The notes below the pieces were generated by a model. The model was not told where the DNA came from. It worked only from the letters and a program-made list of their open reading frames with translations, and did no database searches. A stretch of DNA of 64,000 bases from Trichosphaerium sp. ATCC 40318. Its lineage: Eukaryota; Protista; Tubulinea. Where the stretch lies: positions 62,001-126,000 of the forward strand of contig JALMLS010000578.1 in NCBI GenBank assembly GCA_038496445.1, in the 5' to 3' direction. Position 1 is the first letter of the stretch. Each line of letters starts with the position of its first letter. The translations under genes were made by a program, and so were the position numbers. Below, one piece after another: positions 38,454 to 50,579 of the stretch.

Positions 38454-40255
38454 ATGAGCTCCACCGACCCAGCAAAGGTATTGGCGCATCGCCCAAAGCC
38501 TAAACCAGTATCATTCAACAAGCGCGATCTAATTCTGTACGCACTTGGCGTGGGCTCTTCTGATTTGAAGTTTACGTATGAAGGCGGTGAGTTGGTATTT
38601 TGAATACTCCCACAATGCTAAAACGTCCTTGTAGACTCTAACTTTGGTGCTCTTCCTACATACTCAACCGTTTTACCATTTAAGGGCACAAGCAGCGACA
38701 TTGTGCAATTTGGCGCATCAATGGAGTTTGTACCGGGCATTGAAATCAACCCAGGTACCTACAACTTTCTGCTCTTGTTTTTTGAAAAGTTTTCCAAGGC
38801 TGTTGACAACCCAATTTGCTTACTCTTCGTTTTTTAAAGCCATGGTCGTACACGGCGGTCAGGAGACTGAAATCTTGTCGTACCCACTACCAACTGAGGG
38901 CGAATTCCTCAACATTGGAAAGCCTATTGCCTTGTATGACAAGCGCAGCGGTGCAGTACTAGTAGAGGTATGTATAGTTGCCAAACAGTACTAGTTTTCC
39001 TTCATGCGTTGACGTTGTTAACGTCAAAAAGGAAATCCTCACTGTTGATGCAAAAACAAAAAAGCCACTGTTCAGAAACGTTCAAAGCACGTTTATCCGT
39101 GGCGCAGGTGGTTTCGGTGTACGTCATGATTCTTTCTAGTGATACTAGTCGTTTAAACTAATGATTCTCGTCACTGCAGGGCGACAAGGGTCCTAACGCA
39201 AAAGGTCTACACAAACCACCAAACAGAGCTCCTGATAAGAGCAAAGAGTACACGACCAACTCATTTCAAGCCATGTTATACAGATTGTCCGGGTATGTAG
39301 TTATTTCTGCTGAGTTCTCTTCTGTCTCATCTTTGTTTTCTTTTTTTTTTTGCAGTATCCTTCTCAAGTTCTACCGCGGTACTCATTGTCTTGTTATAGC
39401 GATTACAACCCTCTACACGCAGATCCTGGATTTGCAACAAGCGTAGGATTCCCAGGACCGATCTTGCATGGACTGTGCACATACGGATTCTGTTGTAGGG
39501 CAATCATGGAGAGTTGGTGCGACAACGACGTCAACAGATTCAAAAAGATTGGCGTTCGATTTGTGAGCCCAGTGATGCCTGGTGACACGTTGATCACGGA
39601 CATGTGGAAGGTCTCCGAGACGAAGATTGTGTTTATCACACGTGTCAAGGGCGGCAAGGTCGTTGTAGGCAACGCTTATGCTGAACTGAATCCAGCTTCT
39701 AAAGGGTGCGTATATACACTTGCCAAACGACTGCAACCCAGGGCCACACTAACGACAAGATCTAGTGCAAAACCTTCAGCAGGACCAGCACCATCCCTCA
39801 AGTCAGATGCCGTATTCAAAGCCATTGGCGCAGCCTTGAAGAACGACACATCTCTAGCAGGACGCATCAATGCTGTGTACCGATTCAACTTGAAGTACAA
39901 AGGAGGTAATTGCTACCAGTTTCGAGCGAAATGAACCTGTTTTTAATTTTGTTTTTCAGGCCAAGCTGTCTACACTTTGGATCTTAAAGGCGGCCCTGGT
40001 CGTGTCATCGTTGGGCCTGGACCAAAACCAGACTGCACTATCACTATTAGCGATAACGACTACTTTAATATGGCCACTGGAAAGCTCAATGCCATGCAGG
40101 TACGGTTGCAACTGCACAGCTCGATTGTTCATCTACATTTTTGTACTTACACGACAATACGTTAGGCGTTCATGCAAGGTAAGCTCAAGATCTCTGGAAA
40201 CATGGGGCTAGCACAGAAGCTCAACATCATCACTGCAGCTGCCTCCAAGCTTTAA
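38454..40255 (+). CDS. Peroxisomal enoyl-CoA hydratase 2 (MaoC) fused to SCP2, with PTS1
   Basis: RDLILYALGVG, YRLSGDYNPLHADP..GFPGPILHGLCTYG, SCP2 motif AFMQGKLKISGNMGLAQKL, C-terminal SKL*. Confidence 0.95.
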
Positions 40256-40433
40256 AGTTTAAAAGTCGTTTTGTACACGCCACAACAATAAATTCAGTAT
40301 TATCCACACTTGTTGGAAAACCACATAGCAAACTCTCATTGGAGAAAACCAACTGTTTTCTGTGTGGATTGAATGTGATTGACAAATAGGGCGGTTGACA
40401 AAATCAAGAAATTTTTAGTGCTTTTCAGCAAAC

Positions 40434-41329
40434 ATGGCTGAAGCTCCCGAACAAACGCCATTTACTGTTGAGAGTGTATGTAAACGATTTAATTTAAAAC
40501 CAACGGCTGTACGTGCAGTATTTGTTATTGGATCGCGGTACGTCGCTATAAACGTATATAACCACTAAACACGATCTATAAAGTCTCTGGGGCACACAGA
40601 ATTCGAAATCAGACTGGGACCTTGTACATTGCCCTAATCTCTTCTGTTTCGTTAATTCTACGCGTAGTTGATCGTTGCAAGCGGATTACCATCCAAAACA
40701 ACCAAAGGTTTCATTTCTGTGCATAACGTGCGTGTTTTCTCCTTTCTTGCAATAAACCTCACTCACCTCCTATAGGGCAATTTAGACGCGCTCATTGAGG
40801 TACCAGTCAAGTAGTAAAATCCTAATTAAGAATGCGTCACGTGATCTTACTTTCCGCATAGACTACACAAGAGTTTGAAACCAGGTTAGCAACTACAGGT
40901 GGCATGCTTGAGACAGTATGCGCGTACCTAGCCGCAAGTGGGCATCCATACTGCCTGCAAACTTATGACAAGGTGGTATTACCACAGTACGTTCAACGCA
41001 GAAGCCTTACAATTGAGGTAGCTAATGTGCGTAGGTCATATGCACACCTCTTAAAAAAAGTAGCTGAAGAGACAGACAGAGACATAAGAATGGCCGAAAA
41101 ATACATTGTCAAGGGCAACATAGCCAGAGGCAAAAAGACGATAGTGCATGCGCTCAGGGCTCTTTTATTGGTAGAACAGCTCGTCCAAAACAATACAATC
41201 ACTAATCTAGCCGCTGCTACCGACTGCCACACGCAGCTGCAACACAACTACCAAAAACAGTGGTCTCATTACAAAGAGAACTACATTCCACTCATCACTA
41301 CCACCAGAACGAGGCTCTTGGGCCTTTAA
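40434..41329 (+). CDS. DNA polymerase-beta superfamily nucleotidyltransferase with a C-terminal helical domain
   Basis: Spliced VFVIGSRLWGTQNSKSDWDLLIV...GNLDALI (GS motif, DxD, third Asp). Confidence 0.85.
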
Positions 41330-41449
41330 TCCAAACAACTGGTTCGTCCCAGAAACTAGCAAGCCTCATTGATCCGTTTTAGTGACGTACTCAATAATAT
41401 GAGGTTGGTGCTGCATCGTCATGACAGATACAACAATAAACAAGGATCG

Positions 41450-42195
41450 CTAGTATTTGCGTGCGTTCGCAACCTTGCGTAGAAAGCTGTTCATTTGCGA
41501 TGCCATATCCGATGAAGGCTCAAACGCTTTAGGATTTCTGCAGTTCTAGAAGGCACAAAAAGTCTGTAAAACAATAATAACAATAAAAAAGTAAAAATGA
41601 AAATGTTGTGTACAATGAAGCAGACTTGGCATCCATACTCTTCAAATAAATCAGGAATACCAGGATTGTTCTTGACCATGTCCTTCTTGGTGCCCAACAC
41701 CAGTATCGGCAACTGGCTAAATTTCAAGTGTCAGAAATGATAGCACTCTATACGCTCAGAAAAACGTACGTGTTGCCGTCTGCCTTTTTTTCTACTTCTT
41801 TGATCCACTTCTTTATTGACTTTAGAGATTTTGAATTAGTCAAGTCGTACACTACAACTACGCCAGCAGCATCATTGTAGAAGACCGATCTCGAATAACG
41901 GTACAACGGGTTTCCACCAATATCCCAAAGCTCTACAAAGTGATCAACACCATCTATGGTATGCGCCTACGCCAAATTTTTAGCACATCAGTGACTACGA
42001 AGCAAACGAACCTTGACATGAATGTTAACACCTGTTGTTGGCTGCGACTTTACTACCGAAGCGTTGCAGAACAGCTCAGAGAAGCTCGTTTTTCCTGGCT
42101 GTTTGTTAAAAAAGACTTACCACGTAGATTAATTATCAACCTGTAAAACAGTCACCTACAACCAGTATTTTGAATGACGGTAGATCTGTACTCAT
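41450..42195 (-). CDS. Rab-like small GTPase, RABL3-like
   Basis: KILVVGDCFTGKTS, TTGVNI, VELWDIGG, SRSVFY, VYDLTNSKS, LVLGTKKD; no C-terminal prenylation Cys. Confidence 0.85.
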
Positions 42196-42311
42196 TGTAC
42201 GCCTTTACACCTTGTTGTAATGAATTGTGTTGACCTCGATTTGCTGTCTGTTTAGCTTTTTTTTTGACTACAAGAACATCCTCAAGTGTGACAACAGTAC
42301 CTGGTACAAGA

Positions 42312-44229
42312 ATGTCGCGGAGTAGAACTAGAAGACAGCAGCAGGAGGACGATGAAGCCCAAAGCAAAACAAACTGGCGATTCTGGGCTACACAGCCCGT
42401 AATTCAAAAGGGTACGGTTTACACGCTATTTCTGACCTTAATTTTTTTGCAAAAGACGAAAAAGTGCTTGAAGACGAAGAGGGATCTCCTATCGATAAGG
42501 TGAAGGACCCTGAGAAAGACATTCAAGCAGAGCCTTATAATCTGCCAAGAGGGTTCGAGTGGGTTGACATTGATATCAACGACGAAAAACAGGCAAGTAC
42601 ATCGCTGAATGACACAAGCAGCGCTCGTCAGAAAAAAAAAAAACCATAAATAACCAAACCAACCAATCAATTACGGTTGGTGCCTGTTGCTCACTCGAGT
42701 GCCTTCTCTGAACGAAACGTTTGGTTGAACGGCAACGTCAGGTTTTTAAAGTAAAACCGACAAAAAAAATCTTGAGAAATGATCAGTTACCGGCTAATCA
42801 TAAATTTCCCTCGCATTGGCTAACTTGTTGCAGTTGACCGAAGTGTACGAGCTTCTCCGAGACAACTACGTTGAAGATGATGACAATATGTTCCGTTTTG
42901 ACTACAGTCGTCCGTTCCTCCAATGGTATGCACCCCCACACGTTCTACAAACTGCAACAACAACACTACCAACAACAATACCAACGACAATGATAGGGCG
43001 TTGAAACCACCAGGTTTTTTGAAACAATGGCATGCCGGTGTCAGACACAAGGAAAGAGGCACTCTCATGGGTTTTATCAGCGCAATCCCTGCAACCATCA
43101 AGGTAGATCTTGGCTTTCCCCCCCTAGCAGCCTCAGTATTGAGGGCTAATGCGGCTTTAGGTGTACAAGAAAAAACAGGAAATGGTTGAAATCAACTTCC
43201 TTTGTGTACACAAGAAGCTCAGGTCAGTCTTGCAAACCCACGTGATTTAATCACAAAAAATGTGGGTTAATAGTTTTTTTTTTTTAGGACTAAGAGGCTC
43301 GCTACTATACTCATCAAGGAGATTACCCGTCGCGTAAATCGTCAAGGCTTGTTTCAGGTAAGGCACCCCTTTGTTTGTATTTTTACCCGAATTATTATTT
43401 GGATAGCGATAAGCACCTACTGTCAACTCACTCTCTCTAACGTAGGCTGTTTATACTGCTGGTGTATGGCTACCTAGTCCAGTGGCGCGTTGCCAATACT
43501 GGCACAGATCGTTGAACCCTCGCAAGTTGATTGCCGTTGGGTTCTCGCACCTGAAGAAGAACATGACAATGCCTCGTACTGAGAAGTTGTACAGACTTCC
43601 TGCGGTACATATATAAATATAATTTTAATAACACGTGTTGCGTGTGTGCTCGTGCTAACAATTTTTTAGAAAACCAAGCATAACTTGCGTCCTATGACTA
43701 AAGCTGATGTGCCTCAAGTATTCAAATTGGTCACCACATATTTGGACAATTACGATCTGTCGCCTACTTTCACTTCTGAGGAGGAGGTCGAACATTGGTT
43801 AACGCCTACACCTGGCGTGATTGACACATACGTCATTGAAGATAAAGAAACCGGAGCCATCACCGATATGGCTAGCTTCTACACCATCTCATCAAGCGTC
43901 ATTGGACACGATAAATACACCAAGTTGAAGGCAGCTTATTCGTACTATAACGTCTGTACCAAAACCCCTTTGATTGAGGTAATGAATGATGCCCTCATTC
44001 TCGCTAAAAAGGTAACCATTGTGTTGTTTCTTGTCGGATAGTGACTAATCGTTTCTTCTTCAAATAATAGGCTGATTTCGACGTATTCAATTGCCTGGAC
44101 ATCTTTGAGAACTCTCAATTTTTGACCAAACTCAAGTTTGGAAAGGGCGATGGAAGGCTATCGTACTACTTGTACAATTGGCGCTGTCCTCCAATGGAGC
44201 CACCACGTGTTGGTCTTGTATTGTTGTAA
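42312..44229 (+). CDS. NMT: Glycylpeptide N-myristoyltransferase
   Basis: [52 protein letters not shown]. Confidence 0.98.
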
Positions 44230-44353
44230 TCCTTTTCTCCTAGAGTGGCGCAGGCTAGTATTGCCTAAATTGCTGGCCTGCACATCCAGTAATAAAGTTA
44301 CAATCAACAAAACTTTTTTTTCTCATAAAATTACGGTTTCTTTTGTTTTTTTA

Positions 44354-46527
44354 TTACTGGCTTGCTTCATCCTCTTCTGGACTATTTGCTTTTTTAACCA
44401 TTTCTTTTGTTAAATCCAAATCGTATGCGCTACCTTGCGCGTATCCTCGGCCATGCAAATGCTTTAAAATTTTGTTAAGGTGTTTGTTCCTTCCGGTCTC
44501 CAAGTATGACTTGATGTCGACCATAGAGGACAACAACGACGTCAAATCTTCAGCCATCCTACAGGCATCATTAACAACTCTGATTGCCTCCATTTAATCG
44601 ACTTATGCAACGTACTCTGTGCAGGCGGCTTCCTTTGCGGATGCTGAATTTTCTATGGCGGCTTTCGCTGTGCTTAGAATTTCACGTGCTTTTATTTTAG
44701 ACTCATTAGTCGTTAAAACCATGCTGCTGTTGCATACCTTTGCTTAGCCTTGTTGCATGATATGAGTCCTGTACTGCTTCCGCTGTGAGAAGTCTATTTA
44801 CTCCTGGTGTTAGTATTTGTTCTTGTTCACTTCACGTGTCACGTGCCTATTCAATTGTACGTCTAATTCGTTGGACCTAGAGCCTGTGCTTGCGTCCTTG
44901 CTCCGCTTTAGTTTCCACTGGAACGTCCTCGTTTGTGTTTTCTTTGCAAAAGGATTGAATAGCTCTAGCTTGCAATCGCATGCTACAAATTCATCTACAT
45001 AGCTGTTAGACCACCTGCCTCCACGGACAACAGTGACTTGCCCTCCTCTTTGTCTACAGCTGGTAACTCAACCTTGCACACTATGTCACGCATTTCTTTA
45101 GAGCAGAGATCGCCAAGCTCTACTACGTAATCACCTTCTTCATCTACTTCAGGCTAAACATGCCAAGTCAAATCAACTGCGTGCTCAATTTTCTGAAATA
45201 AAGGCGTACTCTGTGACCCATTACACGTTCAATTTGAACGTTTTCTTTTGGTGTAATAGTGAGCTTGACGTCTTGCGCCACAACAGAGTATAAGCGGCTC
45301 ATCGTTCCTGCAAAGCTACTGACAATATTTTCTTCAGTTGGATTCTCCATGTAGTGGTATCCTCCTTTGCTGGCTGCCTCGGAGGCTGTGCTACAATCGA
45401 GTAAGGCTAAACGCAAAAACTGTGTTGATGACGTACTATAGGATCTCTCCGTTGTGGTTTTTGCCAATGCCGAATCTATAAATGCGTTTGTAGGGAAGCA
45501 AAACAAAAAACTGTGATTACCCAACAATCTGTGCGGTGGCAACTTCGTCTTTAAGATGAGAAGCCAACATGCATTCCAACCCAGAGCCGTGCTCGACCCC
45601 CATCGTAGGTGCTCCATTTGTAATGAGAGCATTGCGTTGACTTTAGTTGGTTCTTCCCAAGGTCGTGATGGTGGGGCCACCTCAGCGCCAAACGCGCCGT
45701 CTCTACGGCCACGCACGTCTTGAGTCTCTTCTGGTTCTAGTTACGTATTTGTCAACACAGCGTCACACAAGCGTGGCAAGGTGGAGTACCATCTTTGAGC
45801 ACATCAATGGCTGTCACCAGTCCCGCACTGAGGTTCTTGTCGGTCTCAGTGGTCGTCTCGAGGTTGTCAATCTTGCTGAGGAACAATGCCTTTGCCATAT
45901 TGTTGGTTTTGCGCACGTGATATTATTGAACATGTTCATGACGTACGCTATCTTCTGGTATCATTTTTTTTAGTTGCAGATCCGTGTTGCTGGCCTTGTC
46001 AAAGCTTACGATTCCAAACTTGTCTTGTTCATTCATTTGCTTCATCATGAATTTTAATCCTTTTTTAACGCTTGGTAGAGTATCTTTCATGGACTCACTA
46101 GTGCTTGTGAGATGCGCTTCGTTGCACTTGAAAAGAAAACCAAACCGACGTACGAGCAATCGACTACAGCCACTACCGACATCGGTAGTCGCTCTTCAGG
46201 CTTTGGTGTGCCGGCCAAAGAGACACTAAGATAAGTTTCCACCTTTGACGTTGGTACTGTACTGTGTTCATGTTTTTGCTCGTAATCAAGGGGTAAGGGA
46301 ATCTCAGGTTCATCTACCGCATTTGTGCGTAGTTTGATCTTAGTAAGGTCGACTTCGCCTTCGGTACAGTTGTGTCGTCGTTGTTGTAGCGAATTTACGC
46401 TAATTGTTGTACTTTTGTGCGTTGAACTCACCAAGACGCGTCTGGAGGCATTTAATTGGTTTCTAGAAGACCTGGAGCACTTGTTGGCTTTTGCTGCATG
46501 TCTAACGGCACAACGCGAGAGTATCAT
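44354..46527 (-). CDS. VWA-domain protein with an Arg/Ser-rich (mitochondrial-like) presequence; apparent 1-nt deletion near 45627
   Basis: VVAVVDCSESM, DKFGIVSF, (L)ITNGAPTMG, GFGIGKNHN, GGYHYME..FAG..SVVAQ, LGDLCSKEMRDI. Confidence 0.8.
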
Positions 46528-46659
46528 GGTGCGAGGTGCTACGTCGTGTTGCTGTGCACGTAAATTGGTACTAAACCAAAAAAAACACGAAATGTCACAA
46601 TTAAGCCATTCCCATTTAGATCTGCGTAGAATAGCACAACAGCTTACTAAGAAGTCCCC

Positions 46660-48165
46660 ATGCGCGCCACTACGCATCAAGCGCGGCTACACGCCAGACA
46701 ACCGCTACTTAAAAAAACGTGCCCTCCACGCTATGGCGTGTCTCGCACAGCGTGCCATAATAAGCTCAAACGCTATAGCGAAGACTACAAGACAATTAAA
46801 GCAGTACGTGTATATTAACGTTTTAAACTAGTTACCAAAGCGTGGCGCTTACTTGTGCAGCTAGAGGAGCAGTTACGTTTAAAAACAATTGAAGATTGGT
46901 ACTCAGTGACACTGGCGCAATTGAGACAATGCTCACAATCTAGGTAAGCTCTGGGTTGTGTTTTTTAAATTTGACACTCACAATTCAGTGGGCTTGGGGA
47001 AGACTTGTTCCAAAGTTTATATTATCGGTTGTGCATTTTGTTACCTCGTATTTACGACATAGAATGGGAACCATGGAGATTTCGTGCGTGTGTTACACGC
47101 TATTACACTTGAGTAACACGTCGTCGGCAGGTTGCGCCCCTACAAACACCTGGTCGTATACCTATAACATCATGAATGCTTTGAGAGAGGTACGTCATCG
47201 ACTTTTTGGTATCCACATAATTCATTCTTTTTTTTTCAGTTTGAAGACCAGTTTGGTGTTGTATCACTGTCAGACTATAGGAAGATCAGCTATCGAGATC
47301 TGGCTGATGCTGGTCTGAAGGGTCTGTTAAATAAGTTTTCTTCGAGTATGCGAGAGCTCTTGTTGTTTGTCTATCCAGAATACAGTTGGCCACCCTGGCA
47401 TCTAGGTAAGCAGACAACCACATGTCTGTGGTGGTTTACTTTACAGTCTGTTCTTAGCGAATTGCCCTCGGGGCACGTGGCGCCTTGAAGAGAATGTTCA
47501 ATGGTTTATGCGTGAGATGGAAGAGCACCACAACATCACGGAGATTAGGCACTGGGAGAAGCTTACAATCTTGAGTGTTCGCAACTTTGGCGGTTGGGGA
47601 TTGATTCAGTGCGTACAAACCATACTTCAACGTTCTCTCTACCCCGAGCTCACACTTGCATCGTAGGCGTTTCGACTCATCGCTCAGAGTGTTGTTGGTG
47701 GCCATGTATCCTGAGCACGATTGGCCCCTTTCTAGTGCAGGTCAGTTAGTTGAATTGAACCGAATACTGTGTGGTTTAACATATCTGTTGCAGCACCTAG
47801 AAACTTTTGGCGCAATCACGCAAATGTCAAGGCATTCTTGCGTCAAGCTGAGCAGCAATTAAACATCAACTCTCCGGCTGACTGGTACAAAGCCTCGCGA
47901 AAACAGTTGGTGGATATAGGTGCCGGTGGGTTGGCGCCTGATTGGCCTCAGCCACTGAAGGTACTGTATCCAGACATTGAATGGGACGAAAGGATGTTCG
48001 CCGATCGCGCAAAACGCACTTATCAGTCGTACGCTTCTAATATGTCTTGTGTACAATGGACTCACTGTGCTCTTGCTGTAAAGGTGGCTCCTCTCATGTG
48101 TAGAAGATTTGTATCGTCTCCCACGCACGGTGCAAAAAGAAGCCAGAGGATACCACTTAAATTAG
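46660..48165 (+). CDS. Trp-rich ~70-aa repeat protein with a basic presequence
   Basis: About four repeats of P..FW....N...F...E..L.I....DWY......L...G..GL....YPE..W after splicing. Confidence 0.75.
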
Positions 48166-48316
48166 ATTGGCTTTAAGTCTCTTGGGCCGTATCACATTAA
48201 AGCACGATACATCGACGTAAGTACGGCGTAGTTACGATTACTGGGACGCTCCCCACTACAACCCGGTTATTTGCAGCTTTTTGTAACAAATCACGTGCGC
48301 TCAAAACCAAGCAATT

Positions 48317-50412
48317 ATGGACGTTATGGACGTGGAGCAGGCTTTCGACATTAAAATTGAGCTACAAGATGTTCAGCCAGTACAGAGGAAAAGAATTTAC
48401 GTACAACAAGGTATTAGCCATGTGGCGTTGATAAAGTTAATTTCTGAGTGCCTGGACATACGATCTGTTGCTCTCATACGACACGTTGCTTATGCGCAGC
48501 CGAACGGACCAGACCGGGTAATATCTAATACCAATGGTGTGTGAGCTCTTCTACAACACGTAGCAGTACAACTAAAACCCCGGTAGATCTGAGAGTGGCA
48601 CTTGAAGCTGCAGAAGCGATGGGGTTGCAGACTAAAGCCAGTCCACGCCTCACACTCAAGGTGCGGAAGTATTCAACTATTGTGACTTGTCTTGCGCTAA
48701 CTCATCATTCAGGTGTGGCTTATCGGCGCTTCGTCGCCTTTCGCAAGAAAAGAGCCTTTGAAAGAGTACGTGTTAATACTGTTTTTAATTTGGTTTATTT
48801 GTGAGTAGTTTGGAACGACTGCTACAACTCGACTGCATGCATGACTTTCGCGAATTTGTATTCAACTCGGAACCTATCGATAAGGGCAACTTTGGCAAGG
48901 TTTATCTCTGCGATTGGAAGGGTGAAAGGGTGGCCATCAAGAGAATAGGCGTGCCTAAAGGGTATCTAAAGCGTACTGGGAAAAGCTTCGCCCAGGTGGT
49001 CCACGTATGGTTGTTGTTTTTAGTCTGTACTTTCTGACTGAGGCACAGGAAGAGATCAGGATATTTAGCAAGCTTGACAATCCTCACGTCATGAAGCTTC
49101 GAGGCATAAGTGCGTTTAATTTTCAAGTTCAGAGGTATTTAACGAGTTTGGCTAATTCTTTGATTGCGTTATTTCAGCTACTGATGGTAGTTACCTTTTT
49201 TTAATCATGGACTACATGGCTAATGGTACTATCATCCATTCTTTCCGTTAAAATGGGCGGGTTGTTGTTTAATAGAGCATGCAAGGTAATCTTAAAACGC
49301 GCATTCAGCACACTGAATTTGAAAACAAAGAATTGAAGAAGATTGCTATTGACATTGTACGAGGCATGGTACACACAATCCACCAATATCAAATGCGTAC
49401 CTATACACTAATGCTTGTTTCTTAGATGTACTTGCACAACCACAAGCCTTGCATACTACATCGCGACTTACATGGAGGTACTAACTAATCCCTAAGTCCA
49501 TTCTTCTTTTTTTTTTGTGAAAATTTTTATCTAATGTCACACTACCTGCAGGGAATATTTTGGTGCGTACATACATAAATACATGGCTCAATTAAAGTGC
49601 GTGTCACATGAATAACAAGTGGCAGCTTGACTGTGATGGCAACTGCAAGATAAGCGATTTTGGATTGTCACGTGCCCTTGATGCCAACCAAGGGGACAAG
49701 TGGTACAGCGTAACAAAGGGGCATATGGGATACATGTGCGCAATCCTTGGTTTAGACATGGCATAGAGTTACTCACATTGTTAGGCCTCCTGAATCACTT
49801 GTAAACAGCCACCGTGGCTTCAAATTTACACGTGCTGGGTTGGTTCAAATGTTGTTGGCGTAGTATTTGACAATCCGTTTGATAGGGACGTGTTCTCATT
49901 TGGTGTCTTGCTGTGGGAGATGTTCATGGGCATAGAGGCACATGGTGATAACATGGACAAGTGGAAAATGATGGTTGCCACATGATACACAACATGCACT
50001 ACCGTTATTAACGCCAAATAGATAGTAAATGGAAAACGGCGGACTCTCCGTCCCACATGGCCTGTGCCAATACAGCAGATTATCACAGCTTGTTGGGCCC
50101 AATTACCATCTGAACGACCCACATTTGAAGCAGTATGTGCATGCACCATTATGGATTGTTTTTTAAAGTTTGATAGGTACAAGCTCAGCTTGTGGCGTGG
50201 GATGCTTCGGGAATGAACAAAGCAGAAGCTATTACATTTCCACTCCTAGTTTCATATGTACAAAAAAAGCAGCCAATTATCAACTAATAACCTAATAGAC
50301 CACAAATCCTTACACAGACACAGATCCATATTCTAATATGAGTATATCAGACTCAGAAGATTCAGAAGACTCAGAATCATCTGATGGCTATGAAAACAGC
50401 ACCATGAAATAA
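48317..50412 (+). CDS. Tyrosine-kinase-like (TKL) protein kinase with a PB1-like N-terminus
   Basis: IDKGNFGKVY, VAIK, HRDLHGGNIL, KISDFGLSR, YMPPE, DVFSFGVLLWE, CWAQLPSERPTFE. Confidence 0.93.
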
Positions 50413-50579
50413 AGTTAGATATTTACTTTTATTTGTTTTCTTTTTTCTTGTTTCAATAAAATTGTTTCTTTGGTGCAATAAATTCATTGTACATAAAGAC
50501 ATGGTTTTTAAACATATCCAAAAATTGACAGTTAATTCAAAGTAGCATTCAGACCTATGCCTTGGATTTTGACTCATAC

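Noticed and set aside
42955-42992. (AAC)n-like tract read as an Asn/Thr insertion in NMT
   Set aside because: It lies within a GT-AG intron; an ordinary microsatellite.
35228-44229. Metabolic gene cluster (HAD, HMGCL, ACYP, hydratase, NMT)
   Set aside because: Mixed strands and compartments with no single pathway; ordinary for a compact genome.
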